DNA of 64,000 nt from the NCBI RefSeq assembly GCF_009914755.1, contig NC_060925.1. The stretch is one strand, 5' to 3'. Positions 54,965 to 64,000 of the stretch are shown here, piece after piece. A program made the translations under genes and the position numbers. Within the stretch, counting starts at the first letter, position 1, and each line of letters starts with the position of its first letter. The DNA comes from the human T2T-CHM13v2.0 reference genome, Homo sapiens. The notes under the pieces are model-generated. The model did not search any database and was not told the DNA's origin. It saw only the letters and a program-made list of their open reading frames with translations.

Positions 54965-57109
54965 ATTTTAGAAATGAGCTTTTAAGCATAGCTAATTCTG
55001 CCTCTTCTTTCATTCTCACACACAAATTCTGTAAAACTGTATTCAACAACTTTTAAATTCTAGGTGCTCTGATGGGCACTAGGGTAAATATATAAAAAAT
55101 ATATTAAATCTCTCTCCTTAACCAAGTATTGGTCAGGAGGAAAAATTCAGGTTTTTCACAGAGACTCTAATTCAAAGCTGAACCAAATATAGAGAGCCCA
55201 TTAAAGTAAGAGATTGAAAGAGCCAAAAAGATAAACAAGAAAACACATTTCTTTTTATGACTGGTTGCATTTTAAAGTTTCTTTTTTTTTTTTTTTTTTT
55301 ACATTTGGTGTCTTTATGAACTTTTCCATCACTCAAAGAACCTCAAGTTTCAGAGCAATTCTTATGGCTACTTTGTAATTCCTCCCATGTACTCTACTTT
55401 TATTGCTATTGTCTGCCACTAAGTGATTAATGATTGTTCATTAAGTATAGTTACTGTGGGTAGACTTTTCATGCATAATCAGCAAAGGGGAAAACACATA
55501 TTATTGTTTAAAAATTTAATTGGTTTTTCTTTTTACTATATATATGTTTTATATGTTACACAAGTTGCTTAGTTTCAGTTTCTATATAGACTATGTAAAT
55601 GTATGTTATACACGTTAAAAAGTAGCAAACAATTCTCAGATCAAATTGTGTACCTTGCCACTAATTTATACTGGGATCAATTGCTTCTCTATACACTTAA
55701 ATTTATCTTTCTTTAATCTCCATGCTTCCCCACAACATGTGTTGGGTTTGTTTCTGTTTTTCTCTATTATTTTTCTGGTTAGTTCATAATTCACCATTTA
55801 GTCATTCAAAATTAAAAACTAATCTGCAATGTATGACATTGTTCTTTCTCTTTGAATCTCTGAATATTATTAGTCTTTATTATTTCCTATTTATATTCAT
55901 CCAGAAAATTTTATCTTGGTATAAGGAAAATTGTTAAACTCTTCTACTGTGAAAGATTAAAAATTTATACCAGGCCTTAATTTTTAAAAGTGTCAGATTG
56001 TAAGATCTAACAAAAATAAGGAATCTCAACAATTTTAAGCATTCTAATAATTTCATGTAAACAAGAGATTGCAAGATGCAGGAAAAGCAGAGACCAGTAT
56101 ATTAATTTCTTCCCTCAGATCCTTTCTTGCAATGTTTTAATTGTTTCTGGCCCAGATTTAACATATGGAGTTCCTGAGTGAGACATGCAGCCCTCACTTA
56201 CACAAAAGGGAGCTATCTCACTTATAAAACACCTCCTATTTTCACTCCAATAACTGCATTGCTTACATGAAAATTTCAGGGAGCTATGTTCCATAAATCC
56301 ACAGACTCTGAGCTGGTTTACTGTAATCTTAACTAGATAGACCAGATAAGGAAACTCTATGGTAAATAACATTACATGTTTCCCAGGAGATGTATCATTA
56401 GCATCTAATAAAAGGTTGTGACTAGATCAACTTTCTTACTTTCCCTGGTTGTCCCTGATAAAGAGAGAGAATGGATGGCAGAGCCGCCCTTAATCCTTTT
56501 GCTCCCAAGTGTAAGGTAAGATGAAAGAATACTAACTGATCTTTAAAAACAGGTAATTACTATTTGATTAAACTAGTCAAGATTAGAGGTATTGAAGGAA
56601 AGCTCACTAACTGACTTTATGAGGTGGTCTTTTATGTGATACTAACCTTTGACAAAAATATTACACAGATGAGAATACTAAATATATACATATGTGTTTA
56701 TGTGTACACGTTTTATGTATTACATGTGTTTATACAACATTCTAGTTGGCATAAATATTGATTAAATCATTTTATGATTAGTTTTCTTTGAGAGATAAAG
56801 AGATACAGAGAAAATTATCAATCTGTGTTCAGAGCTTTTCCTATAGAAGATATATCTAAGTATATATAGCTTAAAAAAGACAGGATTCTGAATAATGCTA
56901 ATTACAGTCTGGTTTAGGTATAAATTGTTTTGTTTTAAATGCATTTATTATTAAGCATATGGTTTTATTCCTGGTATTCATTTTTTTAGCCAAAATAATT
57001 TACAGAACTTAAGAAAATTGAAGCTTCTACATTCTTAGTAGATCATGACATAAAATAAGTTAATGAGAAATGAATCTGCTCTTAAAATTGTAAATGGAGT
57101 CTTTCAAGA

Positions 57110-57340
57110 AGTTGATCACTCTGTCAAACGCTGTATTAAGATAAGTTAAGATGAGGACTAAGAAGTAATTATTGAATTCAGCAACTTATTGCTGACTGAG
57201 AAAAAGCAGTTTCAGTAGAACTGGGAGTCAGGGGGAAATACATGTATCCGTAAACCCAAAGCGTTCAGAGGAAGTCGTGACCCTTAGTTTAGTAAAGACT
57301 TCCCAAGAGTTTTGCTTTAAAGAGAATTGGGGCAGTAAAT
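57110..57340 (-). mobile_element. L2 fragment
   Basis: TGTCAAACGCTG..AAGATGAGGACTAAGAA..AGCAGTTTCAGTAG..AAGAGTTTTGCT. Confidence 0.6.
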
Positions 57341-57388
57341 GGAAGAACATGCAAATTTACAGAATTTTATTTGAAAGCAGGAGATGTA

Positions 57389-57531
57389 GGCCACATGTGG
57401 TGGCTCAAACCTGTAATCCCAGCACTTTGGAAGGCTGAGGCAGGAGGATCTCTTGAAGCCAAGTTTAAGATCATCCTGTTCGACAGAGTGAGAACCCCAT
57501 ATCTATTTTGTTTCTTTGTTTGTTTGTTTTT
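57389..57531 (+). mobile_element. FLAM-type Alu left monomer with T-rich (reversed) tail
   Basis: Single monomer GGCC..GTGGCTCAAACCTGTAATCCCAGCACTTTGG..GAGTGAGAACCCCAT. Flanks AGGAGATGTA and AGGCGATGTA. Confidence 0.85.
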
Positions 57532-58439
57532 GAGGCGATGTAGGACATTTATTTCTATTCTGAGAGAAAATATCCTGTAGAAAAAAATCATAATCTAGGA
57601 AAGAGTATAATTAATTTGAGGAGCATAATCTTGGAATTGGTGCAAAGGATGGGATCCACAACAGAATTAAAGGAGAAAATAGTAGTAGAAAGAATTAATC
57701 CATTTAGTGAAGGAAAGACAGAATATAAGGGTAGAGCTTGTATGAATGGATAAATTATGTGATAAAATGATACTGCATTTGCCTTCTCGTAGCTTTTATT
57801 TAATTCAGTGTAAAAGGAAGCAAGATTGTCAGCTTAATGTTGGGCCTGCAAATTTAGAGGTTTGAGGGAAAAGAAGAAGGTGCAAATAGATTGAGTCTGA
57901 AAGAAAATTGCTCAGTAAAACGGGATAATCTGGCAGTGTTTATTTGTGGAAGGGGGAGAAATCTATTTATCATATCAATAGATACTGATAGAAATTTTAA
58001 AAATTTATTCTAATTAAAGGAAATAAAAATATTGAGATATCTGGCCACCAGTTATTTGAACAACCACCCTTCCCATGAATGAGAATGAACTTTTTCTTGG
58101 TCAGCAAATACAGTACTTTGAAAGTGATATGATCTGGCTTTTGTGGGTAGGTAATGAAAGGTAATAAAAGTTTCCACTTGCTGTCTGTGATATTTGCCCT
58201 TGAAGCTTTCGGGTGACAAATAAGCAATCTAAATGTTCTAAGGATGCTCTTTCTCTAGGAAAACAAACTTGTTCATGTAGACACACCACATGGACAGGGT
58301 ATAAGAAGACAGAGAAGTCTGGCCAGCCTCCAGTTAAATGCTCTTCACCGCCACCACCACTCCTGCTCTTATGAGCCAACATTGACTGCAATTAGTGCTC
58401 TAATGCACTGAGCACTAATGCATTAGAGCTCACAAGCCA

Positions 58440-58570
58440 GAGACATCTACACAAAGCTTTCTTAGATTTCTGACCCATACAGACTGGGAAAAATAATAAA
58501 ATAATTTTTATAATTTTAAACCACTAGGTTTTGGGCAATTTTTTTTATGGAACAATGAATAACAAGAACA
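58440..58570 (+). mobile_element. MLT1 LTR 3' fragment
   Basis: AGATTTCTGACCCATACAGACTG..ATAATAAA..TTTTAAACCACTAGGTTTTGGGCAATTT..ATAACAAGAACA. Confidence 0.6.
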
Positions 58571-58644
58571 ACATCATAAAGTCAGAAATAAGACAGCATT
58601 TATTAATCTTATTGTTCTCTCATTTAAACATAAGAAAAAGCAAC

Positions 58645-58959
58645 AAATATATGTATATTTATTGTCTATATATACATATCTGAATATAGATATATTTACT
58701 CTTATTTATAAATATATATTTATATATAATAAATATTTTATGTATAAATCCCTCTTCTCTCTTGCTCTCACTATATACACACATATATATACACATGTAT
58801 ATATGTGTATATATATGTGTGTATATATATGTCATTGTGTGTGTATATATATGTGTGTGTGTATATACACCTATATATCTTTACACACACACATACACAT
58901 ATCTATAAATATCTGCTTCTATGAATTTGGCCATTTTAGATACCATAGATGAGTGTGCG

Positions 58960-58991
<32 letters not shown>

Positions 58992-59188
58992 AATAACTAT
59001 GTACATATATATGTACTATATATATGTATATACACACACTCACATAGATACCATATGTGTATATATTTAGTTATATATATATACACACACTCACACACTC
59101 ACACACACATACATATACACATATATAAGTGTGTATATACATATGTGTGTCTGTAGAGGGAGCGAGAGAGGAGAGAGAGAGAGAGAGA
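58645..59188. repeat. Compound (TA)/(CA)/(TG)/(GA) microsatellite region
   Basis: Directly visible. Confidence 0.95.
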
Positions 59189-59749
59189 TTAGACATAAAC
59201 ATTTTACCGCTTTCAGAATTTCTAATATTTTTACCTGGAAAATCCAAAAAAATGAACCAGAAAGAAAACTATTAAAATAAAAAAGAAGTTAGTAAGATTG
59301 CCAGATATAAGAAATTAAATAAATGTATATTAATCAGTGTCAATTTTCGTAATTAAAAACCTTATCACAGGATACAATGAGAAAATTGCCTTTCAATATA
59401 ACAATACAATTGACAGAATATTTCAAAATAAATTAACGACAAATAAATAAGAATTGTAGTAAGATAACATATCACTGAAGACATAAAATAAGACCTAAAT
59501 CAATGGAAAAATAAACATCTTTCTAAAAGTTAAGCTCCAATAATTTGATGATGTTCTTCCTTAACAAATTAATGTAATTCTTCAATGTCAACTGATAATG
59601 AGATCATTTCATTCATTTGGGTTAATGAAGGCATGAACAGAGATAGAAATATTTATAAGTAGAATAATGTGGATAGGCTTTCCCTAATAAAATTCAAATC
59701 ATCCTCCTATATTTTAAAGTAAGAACTCATTTTCAAAAGACTTTATCTT

Positions 59750-60560
59750 TTTAATAAGTTATTTTTTTATTGTGATAAAAACACTTAGCATCATATATAT
59801 GCTCTTAACCACCCTTTTAGTGTACAATACAATATTGTTGACTATAGGCATAATGTCATACAGCAGGATCTAGAACTTATTCATCTTGCATAACAGAACT
59901 TTATACTCATTTATTAGCAACTCTCTATTTTCCCCTTTCCAATTCCCCTGGAAACCATCTTCCTGCTGTCTGCGTCTATGAGTTTGACTGTTTCAGATAC
60001 CTTAAAAAAGTGAAATCATCTAACCTTTAGCCACTGACTTATTTTACTTATCATATTGTCCTCAAGGTTCATCCATGTTGCATATTACAAGATTTCCTTT
60101 TTTATAGCTAAATAATATTCTGCAGTATGTATATACCATATTTTCTTTAGTAATCTGTCAATTGATATTTATGTTGTTCCCACACCTTAATCATTTTAAA
60201 TAGTGCTACAATAAACATGGGAGTAATATTATCTTTTCAAGGTCCTGATTTTAATTTTTTTGTGTAAGTGACCAAAAGTTGGGTTGCTAGATTATATGGT
60301 AGTCCTATTTTTAGGAATTTTTGAGAAACTTCCATAGTGGTTTTCATGGCAGCTACACCATTTGCTTTCCCACTGACAGTATACAATTTATTTATTCACA
60401 TCCTCACAACACTTGTTGTCTTTTGTCTCTTTGATAAAAGCCATTCAAGCAGACATGAGGTGATATCTCATTGTGGTTTTGAGTTGCATTTCCTTGATGA
60501 TTAGTGACATTGAGGCTTGTCTCATATTAACAGTTGGCCATTTGTATGTCTCCTTCAGAG
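59750..60560 (-). mobile_element. Old L1MA/L1MB 3' segment (non-inverted part)
   Basis: Antisense 3'UTR (TGTACAATACAATATTGTTGACTATAGGCA, CTAGAACTTATTCATCTTGCATAAC) running into ORF2, ending at GGCCATTTGTATGTCTCCTTCAGAG. Confidence 0.9.
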
Positions 60561-61012
60561 GTGGAAAAACTGGATATACACATGCAAAAGAATGAAGTTG
60601 GACTCTTATCGTTTACCATGCACAAAATATTGAAGCAAACTAGATTTAAGGCTTAAGTGCTTAACCTAAAACTGTACAACTCTTAGCAAACATCATGGAG
60701 AAAAGAACTGTAGAGTATTGTTATTGGCAATGATTTAATGGATGTGACACTAAAAACACAGACAACAAAAGCAAAAATAGACAAGTGAGACTACATCAAA
60801 CTAAAATGCACAGGAAAGGAAACAATCAACATAGTGAAAAAGCGACCAACAGAATGAGAAAAAATATTTGCAAGTCATATATCAACTAAAAGGTTAATTT
60901 CTAAAATATGTAAGGACCTCTTACAATTCAATAATAATAATAATAATAATAATGAAACTAACATCTTAAAATAAAAATGGACTAACGACTTGAATAGATA
61001 TTTCGCCAAAGA
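60561..61012 (+). mobile_element. L1 ORF2 segment in the opposite orientation (5'-inverted part of the same element)
   Basis: GGAAAAACTGGATATACACATGCAAAAGAATGAAGTTGGAC..CAAAAGCAAAAATAGACAAGTGAGACTACATCAAACTAAAA..GACTTGAATAGATATTTCGCCAAAGAA is sense-strand L1. Confidence 0.9.
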
Positions 61013-61052
61013 AAATTTTATCTTCCTTAGGTCTTAACTCTAAAAGTTATAG

Positions 61053-61398
<346 letters not shown>

Positions 61399-64000
61399 TA
61401 GGTTTTCAATATACAACAAATGAGATTAAATGTCAATTTGTTGAGAACCACAAAAACACATTATGGTTTACTGTAAAGTCTTATAAATAATGATCAAATA
61501 CATAAACAAGACTTTAAACATTCAAGAATGACCTTTCACAGGACTCCTAAGACTGATGTTAGGTACTGTTTTAAATATTCATTAATCTCTACTGGTCATT
61601 GTTAGGAAATGCTGAATTAGAAGAACATCTAGTAGTTAGATATAGGCACTAAGCTATATTAATGACTGGAGTAAACAAATCACTATATTTAATGTTAAGA
61701 AAGTTCCATACCCTTCATATTGTAGAGTATGTTTAGTTAAATTATGTGAATGAAGCATCATAAATATATTTTCATATTGATAGAAACTTTGTTTCCATTT
61801 GAGGTGAGAATTGACCAATGGGCTTCTTATTTCATTTTTAATATAATTTATTAGATACTAATGAAAAATCAAACATTCTTATTACACAACAACTTTCAGC
61901 CTTCTGAAATCCTGGCTTCTATTTATTTCGTTTCATAAATATTAGAAAAATAATTAATAGCTTTAACTCCTGTGAGGTTACATTTATGATAATGCTCCTG
62001 AGATTATTTTATTTCATGCTTCATAAATGACAGTGGAACGTTTACTTTCAAAATATGTTTTAAAGCTAACATTGCATTTTTATTTGATTTAATCTCTTAT
62101 TCTACAATGAAGAATTTGCAATGCCCAGGAATTTGCATCATGTGTATTATGCGAATCATGAAAAGAAATGACATAGACTTTTCAGAAATTATGTCAGTTG
62201 AGTTATATTTTGATCCAGATGTATTCACATGTGAAGTGTTCATAGGATCAATAGCCTATTATTCTGTGGTTCATAAAAGCAGATAAATCATTATATGTGC
62301 ATACTGAAGTAAAAAATTCACTTTTCCATGCAGATGCAGAGATTTTTATGTCAAAATTTGGATCATTTTAAAATGGGAATAGTATGAATAATTGCATTTG
62401 AAGCTGGTGTTGTTGGTACAATATTATATTGGTATAAAACTCTACTGGTAAGTTAATTGCATACCCTAGTATACTAAAGATAATACTTACTTAGCACTTC
62501 TTTTATGCTTGGCACTGGTCAATTGGAAGGAAAAAGTGGCAATAACACAACCCCTAATCTCTGCCTTCACGGTTATTTACTAGTTTATAAAAGAGACTTA
62601 TATATATTATGTGCAATAAACAGCATTCTCAACAATCTGTTTTCTTCTAAATATTGATAGATATGTATGTAAACATGTATATGTATTTATACCTTTCTAA
62701 AGGAATATATGCAAATTATATATATATTATATACTTTACACATATAATGTTTTCAAGAATTATAGATGTCTCTGATACATATATATATAATCATATATAT
62801 ACACACAATAAAAAGATAAAATATATTCATTCTTTGATGATCACAAATTTGTGATTATTACTTAATGGACTTGGTATGATTTTCACTTGATCTAATATTA
62901 ACTTATTTATTCATTTAATCAAATAATTGAGGAACTTGTGAATAAAACAGAGTTAAATACTTTAACTCCATTGGCAAGACACACTATTGTATCTAGAGCA
63001 TAAAAAGTATTAGATTCATTTCATTATATGTAGAAACTATTTTTTAACTATGATTGGTAGCAAACGCTATGGTCTTCCTTATTATAAAATACCTGACACA
63101 GGTCAGTCTAAGCACAATTAGGTATTCCTCAAAATAATACCTTATATAAAACTCAATTATAAAAACAATCATTTATTTATGAATTTATTAATAACAATAT
63201 AGACAGGATAAGGCCTAAGAAACATTATTTAATAATATAAATATTAATGTAAAGGAGCAAAATAAAAATAAGACTTCAGAGTTAAAAGAGAAAATATTAA
63301 TGCCAGAAAATAAAGCCATCTCTTTGGTCAGGTAGATGCTTATACAAAATGTTTCATGGTATTCAACATTAACAATGGAGGAAGATATTTGTAAAATTAA
63401 CACAGAAATCTGTTATGGACATAAAATGAACACATTAATTAAAATTTCAGGTTAAAATTTATTGTTCCTTATTTTTAAAAAAGCTTTCATTAAAATAATT
63501 CTCTCATGCTTATCTTTTTTCATATTTTAATATTTTAATAGTGTTGTTTGCAGATTTTAATACATAAGGAATATGCATGAAAGTTTCCATTCATGCAACA
63601 TGTAATTATCTACATTTGGGTGTTTTTAGGCAGTAATTCTCAAAATAACCTGTGGGCTTTTAAAAATTATTGCCACCTGTGATCTGTTAAAGAAAAAAAT
63701 TAAATTGGAAATTTTAGAGGTGTTTTTGAAAAGCATCCCATGTGATGATTTTGTTTGCCAGGTCCGGGAGACAGGTCTGATAGACCCTCATCAGATTCAG
63801 TCTACCAGCCGAACTTGTGTCCTCATGAAACATTCTTTTCTCAATAGCCTCTTCAACAAACAGGGAACTATATCTTCCATCTTAGTGTGCAAATCAGCCA
63901 GGGAAGTAGTCATCATGCTTGCCTCTTCTTTCACCTCCTATAACTGAGACAACACTGAATTCACTTTACCTTCTTAATATTTTGCACATCTTGCATTTGT

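Overview
AT-rich, CpG-poor primate (human-like) genomic DNA from a gene desert or deep intron. I can support no intact protein-coding gene, RNA gene or CpG island. Every ORF with a recognisable product is a transposon remnant (L1 ORF2 C-terminus, Tigger1 transposase, MaLR internal sequence), and the rest are chance ORFs or microsatellite translations. The window is a layered transposon fossil record: 8 dimeric Alus plus a FLAM-type monomer, L1PA/L1PB/L1MA/L1M pieces, a near full-length Tigger1, the MITEs MER44, MER47C and MADE1, two MaLR proviruses (MSTA-like and THE1D-like), a MER54-like solo LTR, an ERVL pol remnant, and L2/MIR relics. I found no new gene system. The notable signals are DNA-copying scars: a 1.1-kb L1+MaLR+Alu cassette inside one 15-bp target-site duplication (probable 3' transduction), two short locally templated copies (85 bp direct, 58 bp inverted), a twin-primed 5'-inverted old L1, two Alu-family tails in reversed polarity, and an ~840-bp AT island containing a perfect 52-bp palindrome. 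Repeat family names come from recalled consensus sequences, not from a database search, so subfamily labels and the boundaries of old elements are approximate.
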